Shown: positions 1 to 9,337 of the stretch, piece after piece
How the letters are laid out: every line of letters begins with the position of its first letter
Numbering within the stretch: position 1 is the stretch's first letter
Notes under the pieces: model-generated
What the model was told of the DNA's origin: nothing
The model's input: the letters and a program-made list of their open reading frames with translations, nothing else
Databases searched by the model: none
Made by a program: the position numbers and the translations under genes
From: Bacteroidia bacterium
GTDB lineage: Bacteria > Bacteroidota > Bacteroidia > Bacteroidales > VadinHA17
Direction: 5' to 3'
DNA length: 29,235 nucleotides
Assembly (NCBI GenBank): GCA_026391215.1
Contig: JAPLDX010000064.1
Location: 1 to 29,235, forward strand

Positions 1-779
1 GTGCCATATGCAACAAAAAGATAATCTGCATCTTCACACTGAAACTCCTCATAACGGACCTCCTTTTCCTTTATCTCGTTGTATTTAGCCACCAGCTTCT
101 GGTTAAATACTTCCTGTGCATTCGGATCAAGGTCGAGTGAAGTAATAATATTTCTTTCCCTTGTCGGAGGTTTCCCTGTAGTAGCCCATTCCGGGACTGT
201 TTTCGATCTTTCCTTCTGTGGGCTCAGCCAAACTTTTTCCATCATCTGGCCTATTGCACCATCTGAAAGGATCATTGCAGGGTTACGGTATTTAAATGCA
301 AGCTCAAATGCAAGATCAACAAAATCGGCCATCTCCTGAACTGAAGCCGGGGCCAGGACTATCAGGTGATAATCTCCGTGACCACCTCCTTTTACTGCCT
401 GGAAATAATCCGATTGTGCGGGCTGTATTGTTCCTAGTCCTGGTCCGCCTCTTACCACATTTACAATAAGGCAGGGGAGCTCAGCTCCTGCAATATAGGT
501 AATGCCTTCCTGCTTCAGGCTTATCCCCGGAGAGGAGGAAGATGTCATTACTCTTTTCCCGCATGCTGCACCTCCATATACCATATTTATTGCAGCGATT
601 TCGCTTTCGGCCTGCAGGACAACCATTCCAGTTGTTTTCATGGGATTTGCCTCCATAAGATACTCCAGTATCTCACTCTGCGGAGTGATCGGATAGCCGA
701 AATAACCATCAGTACCGGCACGGATTGCAGCTTCTGCAATCGCTTCATTGCCTTTCATCAGTCTTAATTCCTTTTCCAT
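1..779 (-). CDS. vorB: 2-oxoacid:ferredoxin oxidoreductase alpha subunit (VorB/KorA-like), 3'-partial, runs off left edge
   Basis: Not in the ORF track; translated by hand from ATG at 779: MEKELRLMKGNEAIAEAAIRAGTDGYFGYPITPQSEILEY, later QAESEIAAINMVYG, TSSSPGISLKQEG, RGGPGLGTIQPAQSDY. These are hallmark OFOR alpha motifs (YPITP). Confidence 0.9.
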   Translation of the reverse strand, partial: MEKELRLMKGNEAIAEAAIRAGTDGYFGYPITPQSEILEYLMEANPMKTTGMVVLQAESEIAAINMVYGGAACGKRVMTSSSSPGISLKQEGITYIAGAELPCLIVNVVRGGPGLGTIQPAQSDYFQAVKGGGHGDYHLIVLAPASVQEMADFVDLAFELAFKYRNPAMILSDGAIGQMMEKVWLSPQKERSKTVPEWATTGKPPTRERNIITSLDLDPNAQEVFNQKLVAKYNEIKEKEVRYEEFQCEDADYLFVAYG

Positions 780-786
780 TACCAGG

Positions 787-1011
787 TTATATTTTTGTTT
801 TATAAACAGTTATCACGCCATCTGGACAAACAATTGCGCAGTTGGCACAACCTATGCACGTGTCGGGATTTGCAGGATAAGCATAGAAATAACCTTTATG
901 GTTGACTTCCTTTGCCATGGCAATTGTTCCAGTTGGGCACGATACCATGCATACCTCGCATCCCTTGCATCTTTCAATGTTAACTACTATACTTCCTCTG
1001 ATCTTTGCCAT
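787..1011 (-). CDS. 2x[4Fe-4S] ferredoxin, OFOR delta-type subunit
   Basis: CKGCEVCMVSCP and CIGCANCAIVCP motifs; directly upstream of OFOR alpha. Confidence 0.92.
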   Translation of the reverse strand: MAKIRGSIVVNIERCKGCEVCMVSCPTGTIAMAKEVNHKGYFYAYPANPDTCIGCANCAIVCPDGVITVYKTKI

Positions 1012-1015
1012 AATA

Positions 1016-2341
1016 TTAATTATTATTTGCTATCGGATGATCTTCATTAAACTTCTTCAGACGTTTATCAAGGTCTGTAAACTGCTTCTTCTGTACCATA
1101 GAAACGCAAGCCCTCAAACCTTCCCTGTCACTGCCTGTAATATCAAGTGATATAGCGCTTATGCCATAATGAAGAAGCTTTGCAAGCAATTCTTTACCTG
1201 TCATTCCGGGATAGGAAATCGTAAAATAAAATCCGTCAGCGAGAGGGTTATCCAGGTCCTTGTCATAGACTATTTTGAAACCGTTCGCTATAAACATCTT
1301 TTTCATTGCAGCAGCTTTCTCACCATACTCTTTCACATCATCCCTATACCTGTAAGTTCCGTCATTTACAGCTTTTAACAAGGCTGCCATTCCATACTGT
1401 GCCGAATGAGTAACACCCGCCGATAGACCATATAATGCCCCAAAAATAACTGAATATCCGAACTTATCTGATGAATAATATCGCCGCAAATCAGGATATG
1501 AACGGTTAAAAAGATGGTCGGATATTGCCATTATCCCTATACGCTGACCAGCATAGCTGAAAATCTTTGAACTGGAAATAAGCAGAATATAATCATCAGT
1601 ATAATGCCCCACTGACGGCTGATATGGAGGCTGCCCCGGTACTGAATAATCCTTTCTGAAATCCATTCCGAAGTAGGCCAGATCCTCAATGACTATGACA
1701 CCGTACTTGCGGCATAACTCGCCAATAATTGACAGCTCGTCCTCATTAAGACATATCCATGAAGGATTATTTGGATTTGAATAAAGCAGTGATGAGATCT
1801 TTCCTGTCTTCAGGTATGATTCAAGCTTTGCCCTGAGCTTTTTCCCCCTGTAATTATAGACATCAAACGAATGGTAATCGTGTCCCAGCATTCTTACCTG
1901 CTGCTTCTGGACCGGGAAACCAGGATCGATGAAAAGTGTCCCTTCCTTTGTCCTGTCGTTCCTGTTGGCAACGAGGAAGCTTACCATCCCTCCCATCATT
2001 GATCCTACTGTTGGTATGCATCCTTCCTGCCTGATATCAAGGTTCAGAAACAATTTGATGAATCTTGAGGTCTCTTTCTTTAGTGAAGGAATTCCTGAAA
2101 TATCCGGGTAAAGAGAGGCCACCCCTTTCTTCAGGGCATCTATTTCAGCCTCAATGCCTATTTCAGGTGCAGGCAATCCGGGTACTCCCATTTCCATCCT
2201 GACAAAATTCATCCCGGTTGCTTTTTCAATAAGGTTCACCAGGTGGGTTATTTCCCGTATTGAAGCGGATCCTGGTCCGGGGAGTCCGCTCTTTTTAATC
2301 AGATCATTTATTAATTCATCAGAAATTGGTATCTTATTCAT
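1016..2341 (-). CDS. PLP-dependent aminotransferase class I/II
   Basis: SNPNNPS, EDLAY and SSSKIFSYAGQRIG (PLP lysine) motifs; 441 aa. Confidence 0.9.
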   Translation of the reverse strand: MNKIPISDELINDLIKKSGLPGPGSASIREITHLVNLIEKATGMNFVRMEMGVPGLPAPEIGIEAEIDALKKGVASLYPDISGIPSLKKETSRFIKLFLNLDIRQEGCIPTVGSMMGGMVSFLVANRNDRTKEGTLFIDPGFPVQKQQVRMLGHDYHSFDVYNYRGKKLRAKLESYLKTGKISSLLYSNPNNPSWICLNEDELSIIGELCRKYGVIVIEDLAYFGMDFRKDYSVPGQPPYQPSVGHYTDDYILLISSSKIFSYAGQRIGIMAISDHLFNRSYPDLRRYYSSDKFGYSVIFGALYGLSAGVTHSAQYGMAALLKAVNDGTYRYRDDVKEYGEKAAAMKKMFIANGFKIVYDKDLDNPLADGFYFTISYPGMTGKELLAKLLHYGISAISLDITGSDREGLRACVSMVQKKQFTDLDKRLKKFNEDHPIANNN

Positions 2342-2393
2342 AATAAACTCAAATCAAAATATTTTGTTTTTTAAGTGTAATGAGTACACTTAA

Positions 2394-4466
2394 TCAAATC
2401 TTCTTTACTTGTTTTTCAATTCTTATCCTTGCATCAACCACTGTTATTGATTCCATGCTTCCGATCAGTGGATTCAGATCCATTTCCTTTATCTCGGTAG
2501 CAAACCTCAATATGCTTGACAGCCTGACGATTATTTCAGCAAATTTCTGTTCATTTATCCCTGTCTTGCCACGCGTTCCTTTAATTATCCTGTAGCTCCT
2601 GAGGCTTCGTATCATCGAATTGGCTTCATTGAAAGTGAGCGGTGCAAGTCCTGATGACACATCGCCGAGAACTTCAACGAAAATACCTCCAAGACCACAA
2701 AGTATTATATGTCCGAATTTTGGCTCATATTTAGCGCCAATGAAAAGCTCGGTGCCGGCGATCATCTCCTGGATCAGGACAGCCCTGACGCCTTTTATCT
2801 TCATCATCCTGTTGAATTCAGCCCTGAGATGGGTCCCTGATTTAATATTCAGCGTCACGCCTCCGACATCTGACTTATGGACAGGACCCACTACTTTCAG
2901 GGCAAGAGGAAATCCCATTTTATCAGACAATGATGCAAGCTCTCTTTTGTTACTGACCACAGCTTCTTTTACCAGAGGTATCCTGGCGGCATTCAGAAGC
3001 TGCTGAATTATATCAGGTTCCAGGTAACCATCAGGTGCATCATCAATTATCTTCCGGATAAGGGGTACATCAATATCCTTAAGGAATATCTTTTCTTCTG
3101 CAGGATATGGTGTGTTTGAAATTTTAGTAAGTGCCCTTCCCAGGACAACCTCATCGGGGAAGTTTACATGCCCCTTATTAAGAAAATATTCAAGTTCTGT
3201 ATGAGAGCTGGCTACAGAGGGGAGGATCGGAAACAATGGTTTTTCACACTCCTGGATCTTCCTGTGCATGAGCTCATAGATCTCAGTCATATCATTCAGT
3301 CCATTACTCCCGAATATGACGGTCATACCGTCGATATTAGGCATCTGCTTATCAACGTATTCAATTACCTTGTCGAGCTGTTCATTTGTTGCTGTTGCAA
3401 TGAGGTCGATCGGGTTATCAGCTGAAGCTCCCGGATTCATCATAGCAATCAGTTTGTCATGATGTTCCCCGGTTATTCTTGGGATATTCATGCCGCCTGC
3501 CGCCAGGGCATCCGTAAGCATGACCGCTGGTCCCCCAGCATGTGTGATTATTGCTATGTTCCTTCCTTTCAGATATTTATGAAAGAATACTGATACCACA
3601 GTTGTAAGTTCTTCCCTGCCTGCACACCTTACTATTCCTGCCTTGCGAAAAAGGGCTTCAACAGCTGAATCAGATGACGCAAGCGCTCCGGTGTGCGATG
3701 AAGCTGCCCTGATCCCTGCTTCACTTGTACCTGCCTTAATAGCTGCAATCCTGCATCCTTTTCTTATAAGGGAAGAGGCATGATGCAGCAGCTTGTCAGG
3801 TTCCCTGATGCTTTCAACATAGATCAGCTTTATCAATGAGCTGACTGCGGGATTAAAAGTACTATCCCAGTATTCCAGGACCTCCTCGACACCTGTCTGG
3901 GCACTGTTCCCGACAGAAAATACACTGGAGAAGTTTACTCCTTTCGGAATAGCAGACTCAAAAATAAATACAGCAGTTGCTCCGGAGCCTGAGACGAAAT
4001 CACAGCCTCTGCTATTAAGTCCCGGAACAGGCGTTGTGAAAATTCCGTTGTACGATTGTGTTATGACACCTATACAATTTGGTCCGATCAGGCTGCCTCC
4101 TGCATTGCTGATAAGGTCCGCTATATCTTTCTCAAGCTTTCTTCCTTCTTCACCGGCTTCACTGAATCCGGCTGAAATAATAATGAAAGCCTTTGTGTTC
4201 TTTTGTTTGATGAGCACCTCTACGACCGGAAGGCAGTATTTTGCCTGTATTGCAAGTATTGCAAGATCTGTGGGTGGAATATCCTTAATGTCACGGTACG
4301 ATTTCTTACCCTGAATTATATCCTGCTTTGGGTTTACTGCATAAAGCTCCCCCGTGAACTTCCCGTCAATTATATTTTTCAGGATTTTCCCGCCCGGCTT
4401 TAGAAGATCTTCAGATCCCCCGACAACAACTATGCTGTCTGGATGTATAAGCTTATCGTTCAACAT
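2394..4466 (-). CDS. ADP-forming acetate/acyl-CoA ligase, fused alpha-beta
   Basis: CoA-binding N-terminus, ISAGFSE, GPNCIG, AASSHTGALA (phospho-His), NPIDL; C-terminal ATP-grasp with HKSDVGGV and EMDLNPL. Confidence 0.92.
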   Translation of the reverse strand: MLNDKLIHPDSIVVVGGSEDLLKPGGKILKNIIDGKFTGELYAVNPKQDIIQGKKSYRDIKDIPPTDLAILAIQAKYCLPVVEVLIKQKNTKAFIIISAGFSEAGEEGRKLEKDIADLISNAGGSLIGPNCIGVITQSYNGIFTTPVPGLNSRGCDFVSGSGATAVFIFESAIPKGVNFSSVFSVGNSAQTGVEEVLEYWDSTFNPAVSSLIKLIYVESIREPDKLLHHASSLIRKGCRIAAIKAGTSEAGIRAASSHTGALASSDSAVEALFRKAGIVRCAGREELTTVVSVFFHKYLKGRNIAIITHAGGPAVMLTDALAAGGMNIPRITGEHHDKLIAMMNPGASADNPIDLIATATNEQLDKVIEYVDKQMPNIDGMTVIFGSNGLNDMTEIYELMHRKIQECEKPLFPILPSVASSHTELEYFLNKGHVNFPDEVVLGRALTKISNTPYPAEEKIFLKDIDVPLIRKIIDDAPDGYLEPDIIQQLLNAARIPLVKEAVVSNKRELASLSDKMGFPLALKVVGPVHKSDVGGVTLNIKSGTHLRAEFNRMMKIKGVRAVLIQEMIAGTELFIGAKYEPKFGHIILCGLGGIFVEVLGDVSSGLAPLTFNEANSMIRSLRSYRIIKGTRGKTGINEQKFAEIIVRLSSILRFATEIKEMDLNPLIGSMESITVVDARIRIEKQVKKI

Positions 4467-4606
4467 TTTAGGAGAAACATGCCCAGAATTAACAGCAAAG
4501 CAATATAATAAAAATAAATGTCACAAAACAGGAAACATTTCATATATAACAACCAGTTCATACCTGATAGTTCTTTTGTTATCTTTACAACCCGATTTTA
4601 GACAGA

Positions 4607-5728
4607 ATGGACATATCGATAAAAGAATTGTTTACCAGGGAGAATTTTTCAAAAAATGATCTTATAAGGCTTCTTCAGGTTGAAGGAGAAGAACGTACTC
4701 TTCTGTTTCAGAAATCGGCAGAAATAAAAGAAAAATATATCGGCAATAAAGTATGGTTCAGGGGACTTATTGAATTCTCCAATATATGCGGCAAGGATTG
4801 CCTTTATTGCGGCATCAGGAAAGGCAATAAAAATCTCGTCCGCTATAATCTTACTGACGATGAGATACTTGCAGCTGCAAAGTTTGCCAATGAAAATCGA
4901 TACGGGTCGATAGCGCTTCAGTCGGGAGAACTGGAAAGCCCGGCTGTAGCTGACAGGATCGAGAACCTTCTTCATAAAATAAAAGAATTATCGTATGGTA
5001 AACTTGGCATCACACTTTCAGTTGGTGAACAGAAGCCGGAAGTGTACCTGAGATGGTTTGATGCAGGGGCGCACAGGTATCTTTTACGGGTTGAATCAAC
5101 AAACAAAGAGCTGTACGGTAAGATCCATCCAAAAAATGAAAAACATGATTTTCAAAGAAGGCTCGACTGCCTTAAGAGCCTTCAGTATATTGGCTATCAA
5201 ACGGGTACAGGTGTAATGATAGGGCTGCCATTCCAGACACTGGAAGATCTTGCCGGCGACCTCCTCTTCATGAAGAATTTCGATATTGATATGTGTGGTA
5301 TGGGTCCTTATATTGAGCATGCAGATACCCCGCTGATTCAGCATGCGGATAAGTTGCTACCCCTTAATGAGAGGTTTGACCTGACGCTGAAAATGATCGC
5401 CATAATAAGAATCATGATGAAGGACATTAATATTGTTGCTGCAACTGCCCTGCAGGCAATTGATCCTATCGGCAGGGAAAAAGCGATCAAAATTGGCGCC
5501 AATATAATTATGCCGAATATCACTCCCGGAAGATACCGTGACAGTTACAGGCTGTACGATAACAAGCCATGCACTGATGATTCAGCTGAAGATTGTCAGA
5601 GCTGTCTTGAAGCCAGAGTCTCACTTGCTGATGCAGAAGTTATTTATGGGGAATGGGGAGATTCAAAGCATTATGATGAAAGGCGCAAAGGCTTAACGGT
5701 ACAACGGCGCAACGGCAAGAAGAAATAA
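4607..5728 (+). CDS. hydE: [FeFe]-hydrogenase H-cluster maturase HydE (radical SAM)
   Basis: RGLIEFSNICGKDCLYCG (CX3CX2C), GTGVMIGLP, GANIIMPN, YDNKPC-X7-C-X2-C auxiliary cluster; next to hydG. Confidence 0.93.
   Translation: MDISIKELFTRENFSKNDLIRLLQVEGEERTLLFQKSAEIKEKYIGNKVWFRGLIEFSNICGKDCLYCGIRKGNKNLVRYNLTDDEILAAAKFANENRYGSIALQSGELESPAVADRIENLLHKIKELSYGKLGITLSVGEQKPEVYLRWFDAGAHRYLLRVESTNKELYGKIHPKNEKHDFQRRLDCLKSLQYIGYQTGTGVMIGLPFQTLEDLAGDLLFMKNFDIDMCGMGPYIEHADTPLIQHADKLLPLNERFDLTLKMIAIIRIMMKDINIVAATALQAIDPIGREKAIKIGANIIMPNITPGRYRDSYRLYDNKPCTDDSAEDCQSCLEARVSLADAEVIYGEWGDSKHYDERRKGLTVQRRNGKKK
5681..5720 (+). repeat. Degenerate 8-bp tandem repeat (~5 units) in the last codons of hydE
   Basis: aggcgcaa aggcttaa cggtacaa cggcgcaa cggcaaga. 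Confidence 0.55.
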
Positions 5729-5737
5729 AATACCGCT

Positions 5738-5760
5738 GGCGCGGATTTATAATCCGTGCC
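5738..5760. terminator. GC-rich hairpin between convergent genes; likely bidirectional terminator or REP-like element
   Basis: ggcgcggatt-tat-aatccgtgcc: 10-bp stem with one G-U/mismatch. No clear U-tract. Confidence 0.55.
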
Positions 5761-5767
5761 CTATGAG

Positions 5768-6292
5768 TTAGAACACCATCTTACGAACATGCACTTGTTT
5801 TAATGCTCTCAAATCCCTTTCAAGATGTTCGCGCTGTTTTTTGTCACCTGTTAATTCCAGGATAATCAATCCGGCAGATTCTCCGAAAAACATCTCATTG
5901 ACTCCCATGCGTGTCCGGATATAACAGCCATAGATTGTCAATAGCTTCTGGACAGACTTTATCACCTCAGGTTTCTGATCAACCAGGATCCCAAGTATTT
6001 CCATTTCGCCTGCGGCTGATTCCTTTTCAGTCTTTGCTTTACCGCCCGTAAATACCATTTCACGGATCTCAACTCCTCCTATTTCTCCCAGATCTGAAAT
6101 AAGCTTCTTCGAATGTGCGGGATCGCTGCTCAGATGAAGTATGATAATTGCTTCCCTGCTGCATACATTATCCGTGACCTCATGAAATCCCAGGCGGGTT
6201 GTTATTACTCCTGCATGCCTGGAGAGAATCCCCTGGGTAAGACCTGCTTCTTTTATGCGGTCAATGATCTTAATTCCAAGTACTTTAATCAT
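5768..6292 (-). CDS. TM1266-like (iron-only hydrogenase system putative regulator) protein with two tandem ACT-like domains
   Basis: Two homologous halves (VLGIKI..ITTRLGFHEV..IIILHL and ILGILV..IRTRMGVNEM..LIILEL); 5 nt downstream of hydG, a typical context for this family. Confidence 0.7.
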   Translation of the reverse strand: MIKVLGIKIIDRIKEAGLTQGILSRHAGVITTRLGFHEVTDNVCSREAIIILHLSSDPAHSKKLISDLGEIGGVEIREMVFTGGKAKTEKESAAGEMEILGILVDQKPEVIKSVQKLLTIYGCYIRTRMGVNEMFFGESAGLIILELTGDKKQREHLERDLRALKQVHVRKMVF

Positions 6293-6297
6293 ATTGT

Positions 6298-7722
6298 TTA
6301 AAAATATAAATCTCTTTCGCCGTTTTTTATTCTTTCTATCTTCTCCTTCGTATTCTTTGCCACTCCCTCATCAAGCTTGGCCAGGTTCTTTTCAATTACC
6401 TTCCATCCTTTTTCTACAACGGTTCCCTCAGCATAATCACAGATATATTCTGAAAGAGTGAGTATTGCATTGGGTGTGCAGAACCGTTTGATGAATCCAG
6501 GGACAGAAAACTCCATGAAATGCTCACCTGTTCTTCCCATCCTGTAACATGAGGTACAGAACGAAGGCAGATAATCATTTGTCAGCAGTTCATCGATGAC
6601 CTCAGCAAGCGACCTTGGATCATTTATCTTGAATTGCTCACGGTTAAGGTTCTGAGCCTCATTCTTTGATTCAGCATATGATCCCAGCTCCAGTTTTGTA
6701 CCGCCATCTATCTGGGATACACCGTATTGCATAACTTCCCTTCTTACATCCGGAGCCTCTCTGGCTGTTAATATAAGTCCTGTATATGGAACTGCAAGCC
6801 TTAATATGGCTACCAGCTTTTTAAAATCTTCATCGCTTGTCTGGTATTGTCCGTTGATATTCAGGCTTAGAGCGTCTTTAATTCTGGGAAATGATATTGT
6901 ATGCGGACCTACATCATAACATGCCTCAAGGTGATTGGTATGACGGACAAGTCCCAACACCTCAAATCTCCAGTCATAAAGTCCGAAAAGAGCTCCGATC
7001 CCTACATCATCAATACCTGCCTCCTGGGCTCTGTCAAGAGCTGTGACTCTCCATTCATAGTCTCTTTTCTTTCCGCCGAGATGATACCATTTATAAGCCT
7101 CCGGGTGATATGTTTCCTGGAATATCTGATAGGTGCCTATACCTGATTCACCGACAGTTCTGAATCCATCAATATCGAGGGGCGCTGCATTTATATTGAC
7201 CCTTCGTATTTCGCCATGGCCTTTTTTCACACCATAAACTGTCTTGACCGTATGTGCAATATACTCAGGCGAATAGTCGGGATGTTCTCCATATACCAGT
7301 ATTAGCCTCTTCTGCCCGTTATCTTCAAGAGCCTCGACTTCCTTTATTATTTCCTTATCTGTAAGAGTCTTCCTTACAGCACCTTTATTTGAGGTCCTGA
7401 ATCCGCAATACTGGCAATTGTTGGTACATCTGTTTCCTACATATAGCGGTGCAAAAAGCACGATCCTGTTTCCATAAACTTTTTCTTTCAGCTCTTTTGC
7501 TCCCTGTTTGATCTCATCTGCCAGGTCAGTTCCGGCTGAATTAACAAGGATGGCTGTCTCTTTCATTGTCAGCCTCTGTTTATCAAGCGACTTTGAGATA
7601 ACTTCCCTTACCCTCTGCTTGTCAGGTTTTGTGTTGTTAATAAAATCCCATATCTCCTGAGGATCGATGAATGGCTTCATTCGCTGATCAGGGACTTTTA
7701 GTTTTTCAGGCGAGAACCGCAT
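6298..7722 (-). CDS. hydG: [FeFe]-hydrogenase H-cluster maturase HydG (radical SAM)
   Basis: LFAPLYVGNRCTNNCQYCGF, FQETYH, GPHTISFPR and a C-terminal CX2CX22C (CTSC...RFC). Confidence 0.96.
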   Translation of the reverse strand: MRFSPEKLKVPDQRMKPFIDPQEIWDFINNTKPDKQRVREVISKSLDKQRLTMKETAILVNSAGTDLADEIKQGAKELKEKVYGNRIVLFAPLYVGNRCTNNCQYCGFRTSNKGAVRKTLTDKEIIKEVEALEDNGQKRLILVYGEHPDYSPEYIAHTVKTVYGVKKGHGEIRRVNINAAPLDIDGFRTVGESGIGTYQIFQETYHPEAYKWYHLGGKKRDYEWRVTALDRAQEAGIDDVGIGALFGLYDWRFEVLGLVRHTNHLEACYDVGPHTISFPRIKDALSLNINGQYQTSDEDFKKLVAILRLAVPYTGLILTAREAPDVRREVMQYGVSQIDGGTKLELGSYAESKNEAQNLNREQFKINDPRSLAEVIDELLTNDYLPSFCTSCYRMGRTGEHFMEFSVPGFIKRFCTPNAILTLSEYICDYAEGTVVEKGWKVIEKNLAKLDEGVAKNTKEKIERIKNGERDLYF

Positions 7723-7746
7723 TGAATAACAGTATTATATAAGTTA

Positions 7747-7754
7747 CAAAGATA
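7747..7754 (-). promoter_or_regulatory. Bacteroidota sigma-A -7 element for hydG
   Basis: Minus-strand TATCTTTG matches TAnnTTTG, about 25 nt upstream of the hydG ATG. Confidence 0.65.
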
Positions 7755-7786
7755 GACAGAAAACATGTTTTAAATGATGACCCTTA

Positions 7787-8698
7787 TCAATATATCAGGT
7801 CTATTATCTCTTCTTTTGCAGAATCAATCCTGGTACGGGTTTTAGGATCTGACAAGCTTAGCGAGCCATGTATCTTCTTATGGAACAACAGGATAGAATC
7901 TTCTCCAACAAAAGCTTCAGGATCTTCAAAAATGTGAACCATCACTTCTGAAGTCCCTTTATTTTCATCCAGGATCAGAATCATTCCTTTTGAGTTAGAG
8001 CTTCCTGAAGTTACAGAAACTGCATATATGCCAGGAGATGGAAGAAGCTTGCACTCCTCGGTTATTGGTATTCTCTTGAATTCCGACAGATCCTGAAAAG
8101 TGTGATTCTCTGGCTTTCCCATAATAATGTAATAGTGATCAAGGTAAGCATTTGCCCTTTGAATATAACCTTCACTTATAGCCTTCCGGATTTTTGTTGA
8201 GCTGACTGTTTCGTGCTGCACTTCCTGTTCCGGAATCTCTTCTGCTTCAAAATTATATTTTGCTCTCCACCCCCAAAGCTGCCTATAATCTCCTTCCTGA
8301 TTGAATCCGAAGTGATGATTAAAGCCTACAACGACAACTCTGGCATGAAGAATATCATGAAGCAATTCCCTAACAAACTGTTCGCTGGTTATCCTTGAGA
8401 ATTCCTTTGTAAACCTGACTATAATTAAATTATCGAGGCCGGCTTTCCTCAGAAGCTCAAGCTTTTCCTCCTGTGAATTGATAAGCTTAAGACCTTTGCC
8501 TGCAGTCTCAGGATAAAGAACTTTTCTCGGATGAGGATCAAAAGTTATCAGGACCGATTCACCATTATTCTTTTCAGCCAGCATCCGCAACCGATTTAGT
8601 ATTGTTTTGTGACCAATGTGGACTCCGTCGAAAGATCCGGTTGTCACAACAGGATTCCTTATCCCTTTTACGTCTTCAAATCCTCTGAAAATCTTCAT
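7787..8698 (-). CDS. ribF: RibF-family FAD synthetase (FMN adenylyltransferase) with degenerate riboflavin-kinase domain
   Basis: GSFDGVHIGH, TFDPHP and VSSTKIR are intact. The C-domain lacks the GRxxGFPTAN, NxGxRPT and IExH motifs. Confidence 0.85.
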   Translation of the reverse strand: MKIFRGFEDVKGIRNPVVTTGSFDGVHIGHKTILNRLRMLAEKNNGESVLITFDPHPRKVLYPETAGKGLKLINSQEEKLELLRKAGLDNLIIVRFTKEFSRITSEQFVRELLHDILHARVVVVGFNHHFGFNQEGDYRQLWGWRAKYNFEAEEIPEQEVQHETVSSTKIRKAISEGYIQRANAYLDHYYIIMGKPENHTFQDLSEFKRIPITEECKLLPSPGIYAVSVTSGSSNSKGMILILDENKGTSEVMVHIFEDPEAFVGEDSILLFHKKIHGSLSLSDPKTRTRIDSAKEEIIDLIY

Positions 8699-8713
8699 GT
8701 TGCAATAAAGATG

Positions 8714-9337
8714 CTAGATAGTGTTCTCCTTTACGAAATATGCCACTTTTTCTATAGAGGTTATCATATCATATTCCTCAAGAAATACCCATGACGGAAC
8801 ATTAAGCGGTATGGTCGTATAATTCAGTATCCCCTTAATTCCGAACCGTACAACCTCTTCCGCGATCTCCTTTGCATAATCAGCAGGCACAGTCAGAATA
8901 GCTATCCGGATATCAAACTCCTTAATTATTTTCTCCATTTCATCGTGGTGAGAGCACCTGACTCCTGAGACCACCTTGCTGACTTTCTGCGGATCGGTAT
9001 CGAATGATGCCACAAGGTTAAGCTGTGATCTCTTTCCCTTGAAATAACCGGCAACTGCCCTTCCAAGGTTTCCTATACCTATGATGGCTACATTAATACT
9101 CTTTGGTGAATCAATAATGTTGCCGATTGTATCAATCAGTTCCTTTATATCATAACCCTTTCTCTGAACTGATGAATAACCTATCAGCATCAGGTCACGC
9201 CTGACCTGCACTGCTGTTATCTGCAGACGTGCAGCCAGATCATGAGAAAAGATGAAATTCTTCTTTTCATTCAGGCACTCAAGCAATGTTCTCCTGTACT
9301 CGCTGAGTCTCTCTACGGTTTTTCCCGGCAGTTTCAT
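8714..9337 (-). CDS. rex: Redox-sensing transcriptional repressor Rex
   Basis: TVERLSEY, QVRRDL and GY wHTH; IGIGNLGRA Rossmann fold; 207 aa. Overlaps the upstream gene by 4 nt. Confidence 0.95.
   Translation of the reverse strand: MKLPGKTVERLSEYRRTLLECLNEKKNFIFSHDLAARLQITAVQVRRDLMLIGYSSVQRKGYDIKELIDTIGNIIDSPKSINVAIIGIGNLGRAVAGYFKGKRSQLNLVASFDTDPQKVSKVVSGVRCSHHDEMEKIIKEFDIRIAILTVPADYAKEIAEEVVRFGIKGILNYTTIPLNVPSWVFLEEYDMITSIEKVAYFVKENTI

Noticed and set aside
4500-4600. Rex sites in the ligase/hydE divergent region
   Set aside because: Only half-sites (gtcacaa, ataacaa) were found, with no 7-4-7 palindrome.
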